Positions 8,784 through 17,832 of a DNA stretch of 64,000 bases are shown piece by piece. Origin of the DNA: Desulfatiglandales bacterium (GTDB taxonomy: Bacteria > Desulfobacterota > DSM-4660 > Desulfatiglandales > HGW-15); contig CAXXJJ010000001.1 in assembly GCA_963667015.2 (NCBI GenBank), positions 2,432,001-2,496,000 on the forward strand. The letters are read 5' to 3'. The first letter of the stretch is position 1, and every line of letters begins with the position of its first letter. The notes under the pieces are model-generated. The model searched no databases. It saw only the letters and a list, made by a program, of their open reading frames with translations, and was not told the DNA's origin. Both the position numbers and the translations under genes were made by a program.

Positions 8784-9920
8784 ATGAAACTATTTTTACT
8801 CCTATTATTCTGGTCTCTCTGGTATGTAAACTTTTATGCAAAATCGATCATCTCTCCTTTAATGCCGCTCATTGAAGACGAATTTGCAATAACTCATACC
8901 ATGTCAGGAATATTGTTCTTCTGTTTCTGGATCGGAAATACTATATCGGTTTTTTATGCAGGGTTTTTATCGTTAAGGATAGGCTACAAGCGTTCAATCC
9001 TTCTTTCATTCTATGGAATGACCATTATCTTTATATTCTTAAGATTTGCCTCTTCATATATCTCTTTTGCTGCATTTTCGTTCATGCTGGGCCTGGCATC
9101 AGGGATATATCTGCCATGCGGAATCCCGCTTATAACGGCGGTGTTTGAACCGGAAAACTGGGGAAAAGCCATCTCTGTCCACGAAACTGCTGCCGGATTC
9201 AGCATGTTGACTGTCCCGTTTTTTGTAACATTTGTTATCTCAATCATGAGCTGGAAATCGGTTTTTTTTATTATAGGCGGGGCATGCCTGCTTGTGGGGG
9301 CAGTGCTTCACATCTTTTCCCCTGATCCCAGGGCAAAAAAGGAAGAAAAGACAGGGATGATGAACATAGTGCGCAGAAAGGATTTCTGGATCATGACGGC
9401 ACTGTGGAGTTCCTGCGCAATCGCCAGTATGGGTATATTTAATATTATACCCCTGTTCCTTGTGAAAGAACGCGGTATCCCCATAGAAGCTGCAAATACA
9501 ATATTCGGCATCTCAAGGATAGGCGGCTTTATTGCAATGATTTCCGTGGGTTTTATTATTGACCGTTTTAATCTCAAAAAACTCCTTCTGATCCTTCTTC
9601 TGGCAGCGGGCCTTTCGACCATGGCAATTGCTGTTATAAATGTTCCATGGCTTTTAAGTGTAGCGCTGTTTTTCCAGGCAACATTCAGTGTTGTGTTTTT
9701 TCCAGCCGGGCTTGTGGCTATTTCAAAGTTGACTACTCTGGGCGAACGTAGTGTCTTTACCGGCATACTTATGAGTATGTCAGGGATAATAGGCCCTGGC
9801 CTTTCTCCAATAATACTTGGAGCAATTGCTGATGTTTGGACCTTTCAGGCAGGAATCCTGGGCTGCGGAGTCTTAATAACATCAGCCTGCCTTCTTGTAC
9901 GATATCTTCGCGAAGTTTAG
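8784..9920 (+). CDS. MFS transporter
   Basis: 378 aa, about 12 hydrophobic segments, GFIIDRFNLK motif-A-like loops. Confidence 0.9.
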   Translation: MKLFLLLLFWSLWYVNFYAKSIISPLMPLIEDEFAITHTMSGILFFCFWIGNTISVFYAGFLSLRIGYKRSILLSFYGMTIIFIFLRFASSYISFAAFSFMLGLASGIYLPCGIPLITAVFEPENWGKAISVHETAAGFSMLTVPFFVTFVISIMSWKSVFFIIGGACLLVGAVLHIFSPDPRAKKEEKTGMMNIVRRKDFWIMTALWSSCAIASMGIFNIIPLFLVKERGIPIEAANTIFGISRIGGFIAMISVGFIIDRFNLKKLLLILLLAAGLSTMAIAVINVPWLLSVALFFQATFSVVFFPAGLVAISKLTTLGERSVFTGILMSMSGIIGPGLSPIILGAIADVWTFQAGILGCGVLITSACLLVRYLREV

Positions 9921-10190
9921 ATATTCTGTATTTATCCGCCACCAATCCTTATATATATCGCGGCAGGTTGAGACTGTATTTACAGTTGTGCACGCTATCA
10001 ATATGTCCCCTGATTAAGGGCGGGATGGTGAGGTGTCGATAAATGTGTACAATAAAAATATAACTCCAATGTATTATTAAAGATAATAAATGTTCCTGCT
10101 GTTTATAACCGGTAAATTTGTGATAAATGATGATGGTAAAAACATTAGTAATATCAATAAGTAATAAATATAGTATGATTTATATTAAAT

Positions 10191-10208
10191 TTGGCACTGA
10201 TATTGCTT
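10191..10208 (+). promoter_or_regulatory. Sigma-54 promoter
   Basis: TTGGCAC-TGATA-TTGCT, exact -24/-12 consensus. Confidence 0.85.
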
Positions 10209-10269
10209 ATAAGCTGAAACAGTGTTCGATTTAAGTACTAGTTGTTTTTCGTATCTGTTTTTTGTTTTA

Positions 10270-10368
10270 CCGCTTGTTAAGGCGAATGTTCGAAAGAACA
10301 TGCAGCATAGCCGCTGATCCTGGTTCTAAAGTACTGATTCGATATTTAGGTGAAGGGTCACCAGGCGG
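10270..10368 (+). ncRNA. Variant c-di-GMP-I (GEMM) riboswitch
   Basis: P1 CGCUUG/CAGGCG; P2 AUGUUC-GAAA-GAACAU; CUAAA..UAGG receptor-like segment; homologous to the leader at 14570. Confidence 0.65.
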
Positions 10369-10428
10369 AGAAGCACCGACCTAAGTGCTGTTCCGTATTT
10401 TATAGCAACATAGGGAGGTGTTTTTTTT

Positions 10429-13400
10429 ATGTCAAGATTTATCAATTCCAGTATTTTGTCCAGTGTCAGGCGTATATTAATCTATACGTCTATGTTATTG
10501 CTTTTCAGCATTGCAGTAAATGCCCGTGAGGTTACTCTTCAATGGGACCCCAATTCGGAGCCCGATTTAAGCCATTATGTGGTCTACTGGGGTGAAAATT
10601 CAGGGGAATACTCAAATAACAGTGGTGATATAGGGCTTGTTACAACCTATTCAGCTATACTGCCTGATGATGGCCAGATTTACTATTTTGCTGTCACTGC
10701 AGTTGATGAGGCAGGACTTGAAAGCGATTATTCAAATGAGGTAAATACTGAAGGAGTTTCAAGCAACACTGGTCCCCTCGCGGCAGCAGGACCGGATCAG
10801 AATGTTAATGAAGGATCTCTGGTATATCTTGATGCCTCAAATTCAAACGATCCTGATGGTGAAATCGTATCCTATCAATGGGTACAGGCTGGCGGAATTG
10901 ATGTGGCCCTTAATGATCCTGCTGCAATGCAACCTTCATTTTATGCCCCGTCTATCTCTTCAGATGGCGAATCCCTGACTTTTCTGCTTACAGTAACGGA
11001 TGACGAAGGTCTCCAGTCCACAGACACCTGCATTGTTAATATAGTATCTGTAAATATTCCCCCAGCAGCCAATGCAGGGCCAGACCAGAATGTAAATGAA
11101 GGCTCGCTGGTATATCTTGACGGCACCAATTCAAGTGATCCTGACGGTGATTCCCTGACATATCAGTGGTTGCAGACAGGCGGGCCTTCCGTAATCCTGG
11201 ATGATTCAACTTTGGTTCAACCCATATTTGACTCTCCTTATATTGACTCAGAAGGCGAATCCCTGACCTTCCAGCTTACGGTAACTGATGAACATGGTCT
11301 TCAGTCAACAGACAGCTGTATTGTTAACATAATATCTGTAAATAATCCCCCATCAGCTAATGCAGGACCTGACCAGAATGTTAATGAAGGTTCAGTGGTA
11401 CACCTGAGCGGGGCCAATTCAAGTGATCCTGATGGTGACCCATTGACATATCAATGGACACAAACAGGGGGCAGGGCCGTTTCCCTGGATGATTCAGGTG
11501 CTGTACAGACATTATTTAATTCTCCCTATATAGAATCTGATGGAGAATCACTGACGTTCCAATTGACGGTTACCGATAAGGCAGGTCTTCAGTCAACAGA
11601 CACCTGTATTGTTAATATCGTATCAGTAAATAATCCGCCCTCAGCCAGCGCGGGCCCGGATCAGACCGTTGAGGAAGGTGCTGCAGTTACACTTAACGGC
11701 TCAGGTTCAACAGACCCTGATGGAGATGTCCTGTCTTTCAAATGGGTTCAGATCGGAGGCACTTCCGTTACCCTCAGCAGTTCAATAGCAGCGAATCCTG
11801 TTTTTGAAACCTTCCTGGTAGATCCTGAAGGCGAATCTCTGACCTTTCAACTCACTGTTACAGATGCAGACGGCCTGCAGTCAAAAGATACCTGTATCGT
11901 TAATATAACATGGGTAAACGATCCCCCGGTTGCAAGTGCAGGCCCTGATCAGAATGTCGATGAAGGCTCTTCTGTAACCCTTAACGGTTCCGGATCAACA
12001 GACCCTGATGGTGATTCCGTTGTCTATAACTGGACCCAGGTAAGCGGTCCGGCGGTAACCTTTAGTGGCTCAAACGTTGCAAACCCAACATTTGCCATAC
12101 CGTATATTGAATCTGACGGTGAGTCCATGACCTTTCAGCTGACGGTAACTGATGCCGGCGGTCTTCAGTCAACAGATACCTGTGTAGTAAATATCGTATC
12201 AGTTAATAATCCTCCGGAAGCAAATGCAGGGGCTGATCAGAATGTTGATGAAGGTTCTTCTGTAACTCTTAACGGTTTCGGATCGAGTGATCCTGACGGT
12301 GATGTGCTTGCCTATAAATGGACCCAGATAAGCGGTCCGGTTGTAACCTTAACCAGTGCCGGCTCAGTTCAGGCAGGCTTTATGGCTCCCGATGTGGATA
12401 AAGAAGGTGCAACTGCTGTATTTCAACTGACAGTAACTGATGAAAGCGGTCTTCAGGCAACGGACACCTGTATGGTAAATATCCAGTCAGTTAATAATCC
12501 TCCGGAAGCCAGTGCAGGGGCTGATCAGACGATTGATGAAGGGGTATCAGCATCTCTTAGCGGTTCCGGATCAAGTGATCCTGACGGAGATGTGCTTGTC
12601 TATAAATGGTCCCAGGTAAGCGGTCCGGTTGTAAGCTTAACAAATGCCGGCTCAGCTCAGGCAGGCTTTAAGGCTCCGGACGTTGACAAGGATGGCACAA
12701 CACTTGTTTTTAAGTTGACTGTAACAGATGAAGGCGGATTAGAGTCTACTGATACCTGTGCTGTCAACATTTCCTGGGTAAATGAGGCTCCTGTAGCCGA
12801 TGCAGGTCCTGACCAGACGTTTTCCGAAGGTTTATCAGTAACGCTTAATGGTTCGGGTTCCAGTGATCCGGACGGTAATACACTTTCCTATAGGTGGGTG
12901 CAGATAGGCGGGCCTGCTGTAATACTTAATAATTCAGCTTCAATTCAGCCAGCCTTTATAACTCCTGATGTCGGTATGGAAGGCGATGCTGTTGTCTTCC
13001 GGTTAACTGTAACCGACCAGGGAGGCCTTGAATCAACTGACACATGTGTTGTTAATGTATCCTGGGTAAATGAGGCTCCAACAGCAAATGCCGGATCGGA
13101 TCAGACAGTTAACGAGGGATCGGTTATAACACTCAATGGCTCAGGTTCCAGTGACCCAGACGGTAGTTCTCTTACCTTTAAATGGATTCAGGTAAGCGGT
13201 CCTGCTGTCAGTTTGAGTAACTCAGGTTCGGCCATAACATCATTCACATCTCCGGATGTAAATGCAATAGGTGATTTTATAACTTTTCAGTTAACAGTAA
13301 CTGACCCTGAGGGTCTTCAGGCAACAGACAGGTGTATTATTAACATACTATCTGTAAATGCCGCTCCTGCAGCAGATGCAGGTCCTGACCAGACAGTAAA

Positions 13401-14313
13401 TGAGGGTTCTTCAGTTACACTCAACGGCTCAGGTTCCAGTGATCCTGACGGTGACAGTCTCACCTATAGATGGACCCAGGTAAGCGGAATTGCAGTTAAT
13501 CTGAATAACTCAACTTCTGCACTGGCAACTTTTACATCCCCGGATATAGATCAAGATGAGACAGTTGTCTTTCAGCTGACTGTAAAGGATGAAGGAGGTC
13601 TTGAATCAACGGATAGATGTACTGTCAACATTTCCATGGTGAACGAGGCTCCGACAGCCAATGCAGGAAGTGATCAGACTGTAAGTGAAGGCACACTTGT
13701 AACCCTTAATGGTTCCGGATCAAGTGATCCTGAGGGTGACACACTTTCCTACGAATGGATTCAGGTAAGTGGCCCGCATGTAACAATCTCAGGTGCGGCA
13801 TCTGCAGCACCATCTTTTAATGCTCAGTCATATATACCAGGCGATAATTCTCTGATTTTCCAACTCACTGTAGCTGATGCAGGCGGCCTGAAATCAACGG
13901 ATCAATGTTCAGTAACGGTTACAGGTACTAATAATTCTGACCTGACAGGATACTGGAACTCAGTCATAAAATACTGGAGCTGGACTGAACGTACATATGT
14001 CCTTAATGGCAGCTTTACTGTTCGCAACAATGGCGGTACTGTGGATAAACCTTTCAGGGTTTGCTTCTATCTTTCAAGAGATAGTCAGCTCAGTTCAGAT
14101 GATGTCTTAATATTTGATCAGTCAATCGCATCAGTAGGCGCTGATGGGGCTGTGAATATTTCTCTGGACCAGATTAAGAGCAGCTATTTAACAAAGTTCA
14201 ATAATGTTATATGCAAAATTGATGATGGTAACGCAATACCGGAAACGAATGAGGATAACAATTCAATAGCAACCGGTATTAATGTAAATTACTGGAGCTT
14301 TTTCTGGCGCTAG
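10429..14313 (+). CDS. Large secreted/surface protein: signal peptide, FN3-like domain, 11 PKD/KIAA0319-like repeats, C-terminal CARDB-like domain
   Basis: WDPNSEPDL..YYFAVTAVD..ES FN3-like; 11 units of ~96 aa AGxDQ..DPDGD..W.Q..FQLTVTD; IDDGNAIPETNEDNN. Confidence 0.85.
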   Translation: MSRFINSSILSSVRRILIYTSMLLLFSIAVNAREVTLQWDPNSEPDLSHYVVYWGENSGEYSNNSGDIGLVTTYSAILPDDGQIYYFAVTAVDEAGLESDYSNEVNTEGVSSNTGPLAAAGPDQNVNEGSLVYLDASNSNDPDGEIVSYQWVQAGGIDVALNDPAAMQPSFYAPSISSDGESLTFLLTVTDDEGLQSTDTCIVNIVSVNIPPAANAGPDQNVNEGSLVYLDGTNSSDPDGDSLTYQWLQTGGPSVILDDSTLVQPIFDSPYIDSEGESLTFQLTVTDEHGLQSTDSCIVNIISVNNPPSANAGPDQNVNEGSVVHLSGANSSDPDGDPLTYQWTQTGGRAVSLDDSGAVQTLFNSPYIESDGESLTFQLTVTDKAGLQSTDTCIVNIVSVNNPPSASAGPDQTVEEGAAVTLNGSGSTDPDGDVLSFKWVQIGGTSVTLSSSIAANPVFETFLVDPEGESLTFQLTVTDADGLQSKDTCIVNITWVNDPPVASAGPDQNVDEGSSVTLNGSGSTDPDGDSVVYNWTQVSGPAVTFSGSNVANPTFAIPYIESDGESMTFQLTVTDAGGLQSTDTCVVNIVSVNNPPEANAGADQNVDEGSSVTLNGFGSSDPDGDVLAYKWTQISGPVVTLTSAGSVQAGFMAPDVDKEGATAVFQLTVTDESGLQATDTCMVNIQSVNNPPEASAGADQTIDEGVSASLSGSGSSDPDGDVLVYKWSQVSGPVVSLTNAGSAQAGFKAPDVDKDGTTLVFKLTVTDEGGLESTDTCAVNISWVNEAPVADAGPDQTFSEGLSVTLNGSGSSDPDGNTLSYRWVQIGGPAVILNNSASIQPAFITPDVGMEGDAVVFRLTVTDQGGLESTDTCVVNVSWVNEAPTANAGSDQTVNEGSVITLNGSGSSDPDGSSLTFKWIQVSGPAVSLSNSGSAITSFTSPDVNAIGDFITFQLTVTDPEGLQATDRCIINILSVNAAPAADAGPDQTVNEGSSVTLNGSGSSDPDGDSLTYRWTQVSGIAVNLNNSTSALATFTSPDIDQDETVVFQLTVKDEGGLESTDRCTVNISMVNEAPTANAGSDQTVSEGTLVTLNGSGSSDPEGDTLSYEWIQVSGPHVTISGAASAAPSFNAQSYIPGDNSLIFQLTVADAGGLKSTDQCSVTVTGTNNSDLTGYWNSVIKYWSWTERTYVLNGSFTVRNNGGTVDKPFRVCFYLSRDSQLSSDDVLIFDQSIASVGADGAVNISLDQIKSSYLTKFNNVICKIDDGNAIPETNEDNNSIATGINVNYWSFFWR

Positions 14314-14325
14314 AATCACAAATGA

Positions 14326-14358
14326 AAAATGTCAGGGCTTTTGCCCTGGCATTTTTTT
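14326..14358 (+). terminator. Intrinsic terminator
   Basis: aaaaatgtcagggc-tttt-gccctggcattttttt. Confidence 0.85.
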
Positions 14359-14502
14359 ATTTAGAAAATAAGAACAGCCAATCAGTTTGCTGTATGTATT
14401 TAGTATAATAGATTGTACAGTTTTATGTACACCTCTTTATCCCTTCCCTGTGTAAAATTAATAAAATCAGGATAAAACAGTATGTTACGCCGGTTAATCT
14501 GT

Positions 14503-14520
14503 GCGGCACAAATATTGCTT
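14503..14520 (+). promoter_or_regulatory. Sigma-54 promoter
   Basis: CGGCAC-AAATA-TTGCT, positioned like the promoter at 10191. Confidence 0.8.
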
Positions 14521-14569
14521 TAAATGAGAGACAAATGCGTTTAGAGATAATCCGCATTTTTTATCAACT

Positions 14570-14667
14570 CGCTTGATAAAGGCAAAACGTTCGAAAGGGC
14601 GTGACGCAAAGCTGCTGGCCTAAGTTCTCAGATATTGAGTGGATATGGTAGCAGGGCTGCCAGGCGG
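14570..14667 (+). ncRNA. c-di-GMP-I (GEMM) riboswitch
   Basis: GGCAAA-ACGUUC-GAAA-GGGCGU-GACGCAAAGC..GGCCUAAG..UAUGGUAGC..GGGCUGCC: GNRA loop, 11-nt receptor, G20/A47/C92 equivalents. Confidence 0.92.
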
Positions 14668-14728
14668 AAAAGCACAAACCCTGGTGCTGGACCGCAGAGA
14701 TTTACAGCATTATGGGAGGTGCTTTTTT

Positions 14729-16588
14729 ATGTTCAGGTGTTTTAAGGATCATGTAGTAACAGGTTTTGTTTATAAAATTGTTTTTGTTTTATTTGTTTTA
14801 ACGGTTTTCAATTCTTCAGTATTTGCCCGTCAGGTCAGCCTGCAATGGGATCCTAATTCGGAGCCCGATTTAAGTCATTACGTTGTTTACTGGGGATCAA
14901 GTTCCGGATCATATTCAAATGACAGTGGAGATATAGGGCTTGCCACTTCATATACATGTTCGTTACCGGATGATGGAAATATATATTATTTTGCAGTCAC
15001 TGCAGTTGATGTGGCAGGATTATCAAGCGATTTTTCAAACGAGGTAAACACAGGTGATCTCTTAATCAGTGACAGCTCAATAGCCGGTAATCCTCCGGCA
15101 GCAGACGCAGGACCTGACCAGAATGTGAATGAAGGTTCACTTGTTTTTCTGGTCGGTTCCAATTCGAGTGACCCGGATGGTGATTTTTTAACATACCGAT
15201 GGGTCCAGACAGGCGGGACTTCCGTAATCCTGGATGACTCAACTTTGGTTCAACCCATATTTGACTCGCCCTATATTGACTCAGAAGGTGAATCTCTTAC
15301 TTTTCAACTGACGGTCACTGATGAAACCGGTCTTCAATCAACAGACACCTGCATTGTAAATATTGTATCTGTAAATAATCCACCTACAGCAAATGCAGGG
15401 CCGGATCAGAATGTAAATGAAGGATCAGTTGTTTATCTGAATGGTTCCAACTCAAGCGATACTGATGATGATTTATTAACATACAATTGGATTCAGATAA
15501 GCGGCCCGGCGGTCAGCATTTCTGGACAAGCTTCAGTTCAGGCCGTATTTGACTCGCCTTATATTGATTCACAAGGTGAATCGCTGGTTTTTCAACTGAC
15601 AGTAACTGATGAAAGCGGTCTTCAGGGAACAGATACCTGTATTGTGAATATAGTGTCTGTAAATAATGCACCTGCCGCAAACGCTGGGCCTGATCAAAGT
15701 GTAAATGAAGGCGCGCTTGTATATCTGGATGGTTCCGGTTCAATTGACTCTGACGGAGATGTTCTTTCCTATCATTGGACCCAGACAGGCGGGGCATCGG
15801 TTACCCTTAGTGATCCTGCTTCAGTAAACCCGGAGTTTGAGACCTTTTTTGTTGACCCTGCAGGAGAATCACTTACTTTCCAGTTGACCGTGACAGATCT
15901 CTATGGTCTCAAATCAACGGATACATGTATTGTAAACATCCTCTGGGTTAATAATCCTCCGGTCGCCGACGCCGGCCCAGATCAGGAAGTAAATGAAGGA
16001 TCTTTTATATCCCTTGACGGGACAGATTCAAATGATCCTGATGGGGATTCCATTACATTTCAGTGGATTCAGACAGGCGGGGCTGCTGTTACGTTAAATG
16101 ACCCGAATGCCGCACAATCTTCGATTGTATCATCCCAGGATATTCCTTCGGGAGAAATACTGATTTTCCAGCTCACGGTTACTGATGAAGGCGGATTAAA
16201 ATCAACGGATGAATGTTCTGTAGCCGTTGTGACTCCTGCGAATTATGATATAACAGGTGACTGGGCATCTTTGTATCCGATAGAAAGAAAAAATAAATCC
16301 TGGATTTCCGGTGGCTTTAATGTCACAAATTTTGGCAGCAGGATTAACCAGGTATTTAATATCTCATTCTATCTTTCAGATGACGGCTCATATGATGCAG
16401 GTGATATGGAGATATACAGCCAGGCTGTAAGTTCACTTGGTGAATATGAAAGTGTTAATGTAACATTGAACAGCATTAAGGTTAATGGATCGGTTATTGG
16501 TAAATATATCATCTGCATAATTGACAGCAGTGATCAGATATCAGAAAACGATGAATCAAATAACATGGTTGTCTCTTTGGTTCAGTAA
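14729..16588 (+). CDS. Paralogous surface protein: FN3-like domain, 4 PKD-like repeats, CARDB-like domain
   Basis: Same architecture as 10429..14313; start reassigned to ATG 14729 (GGGAGGTG RBS, aligns with the paralog). Confidence 0.85.
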   Translation: MFRCFKDHVVTGFVYKIVFVLFVLTVFNSSVFARQVSLQWDPNSEPDLSHYVVYWGSSSGSYSNDSGDIGLATSYTCSLPDDGNIYYFAVTAVDVAGLSSDFSNEVNTGDLLISDSSIAGNPPAADAGPDQNVNEGSLVFLVGSNSSDPDGDFLTYRWVQTGGTSVILDDSTLVQPIFDSPYIDSEGESLTFQLTVTDETGLQSTDTCIVNIVSVNNPPTANAGPDQNVNEGSVVYLNGSNSSDTDDDLLTYNWIQISGPAVSISGQASVQAVFDSPYIDSQGESLVFQLTVTDESGLQGTDTCIVNIVSVNNAPAANAGPDQSVNEGALVYLDGSGSIDSDGDVLSYHWTQTGGASVTLSDPASVNPEFETFFVDPAGESLTFQLTVTDLYGLKSTDTCIVNILWVNNPPVADAGPDQEVNEGSFISLDGTDSNDPDGDSITFQWIQTGGAAVTLNDPNAAQSSIVSSQDIPSGEILIFQLTVTDEGGLKSTDECSVAVVTPANYDITGDWASLYPIERKNKSWISGGFNVTNFGSRINQVFNISFYLSDDGSYDAGDMEIYSQAVSSLGEYESVNVTLNSIKVNGSVIGKYIICIIDSSDQISENDESNNMVVSLVQ

Positions 16589-16623
16589 CAAAGCAAAGTA
16601 AACAGCAATAATCAAATCGATAT

Positions 16624-16658
16624 AAACAGGTCAGGGTATTACACTGACCTGTTTTTTT
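16624..16658 (+). terminator. Intrinsic terminator
   Basis: aaacaggtcag-ggtattaca-ctgacctgttttttt. Confidence 0.85.
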
Positions 16659-16824
16659 ATGGAATTTTAATCATATACTATAAAAATGAGACATTGATTT
16701 TTAATTAAATAATGCTACTATTCAGCGGGCTTTATGAAATGAAAGCAACCTCTGGCCTGAAAGCAATAAACACCAGTTCATGATAAGGCTGTCAAGCTAT
16801 CTAAAGGCATCGGAAGGAGATAAT

Positions 16825-17781
16825 ATGGACCTAACAAAACGAATAGACCCGGAGCTTCTCCCCTCAATTGAAATTATACCTGCGGATGGTTCTTTTAATT
16901 TTGATGATCTGCCTGCGGCACGGGAGATGAGTACACTGATGTTTTCGCAGATGGCGGCACAGATGCCTCCTGTAGAAGGGGTTGATTCCCAGGATCTGAC
17001 AATACAAGGTCCTGCCGGTGCTCCTGAGATAACTGCAAGGCTTTATTCACCGAAAAACCGGACAGGCAATAAACCCGCGATGCTATGGATACACGGCGGC
17101 GGATATATCCTCGGCGACCTGGATGTGGATGATTATAATCTGCGCCAGATGTGTGTTAATACAGGATGTATTATACTTTCTACAAACTACCGGCTCGCCC
17201 CTGAGAATCCCTTCCCGGCACCGGTTGAAGACTGTTATGCCAGCCTCAAATGGCTGGTAAAAAACAGCGAAGACCTGGGAGTAGATAAATCCCGGATTGC
17301 TATCGGCGGAGGAAGTGCCGGCGGAGGCCTTGCCGCGGGACTTGCGATAATGACAAGAGACAGGGGTGAAATTGAAATTAAATTTCAACTGCTCATATAT
17401 CCTATGCTTGATGACCGGAATATTACACCCTCCAGCCACACCATTACCGATCCCCGGACATGGGACAGGGAAAAGAATATCTTTGCATGGAAGGCATATC
17501 TTGGTAATTCTGCCGAAGACGGGAATGTATCAGCTTATGCTGCCACAGCAAGGGCTGAGGATCTCTCAGGACTGCCTCCTGCATATGTTGCGGTTGGAGA
17601 GCTGGATCTTTTTCTTGATGAAGACATAGAATATGCCCAGAGACTTCTTCAGGCAGGCGTCCCGACAGAACTGCATGTTTATCCCGGTGCAACACATGGA
17701 TTTGATGCAATATTAACGGCTGCAGTTTCAAAGAGATTTATTGAAGAAAGAGACAGGGCAGTCATAAAGGCGCTTTTATAG
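16825..17781 (+). CDS. Alpha/beta hydrolase, HSL-family esterase/lipase
   Basis: HGGG, YRLAPE, GGSAGG, D and HGF triad; ATG 16825 with aggag RBS. Confidence 0.9.
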   Translation: MDLTKRIDPELLPSIEIIPADGSFNFDDLPAAREMSTLMFSQMAAQMPPVEGVDSQDLTIQGPAGAPEITARLYSPKNRTGNKPAMLWIHGGGYILGDLDVDDYNLRQMCVNTGCIILSTNYRLAPENPFPAPVEDCYASLKWLVKNSEDLGVDKSRIAIGGGSAGGGLAAGLAIMTRDRGEIEIKFQLLIYPMLDDRNITPSSHTITDPRTWDREKNIFAWKAYLGNSAEDGNVSAYAATARAEDLSGLPPAYVAVGELDLFLDEDIEYAQRLLQAGVPTELHVYPGATHGFDAILTAAVSKRFIEERDRAVIKALL

Positions 17782-17832
17782 TTCTTAAAAATACAATCAA
17801 CTGTCTGCAGTTTCCCGGCAGTTGATTGTTTA

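Noticed and set aside
14639..14728. ORF-track N-terminal extension of the second surface protein
   Set aside because: Overlaps the riboswitch; the RBS and paralog alignment support ATG 14729.
10780..16230. ~288-nt repeats as CRISPR or DGR template/variable repeats
   Set aside because: They are in-frame protein domain repeats; no reverse transcriptase in the window and no evident adenine-specific mismatch pattern.
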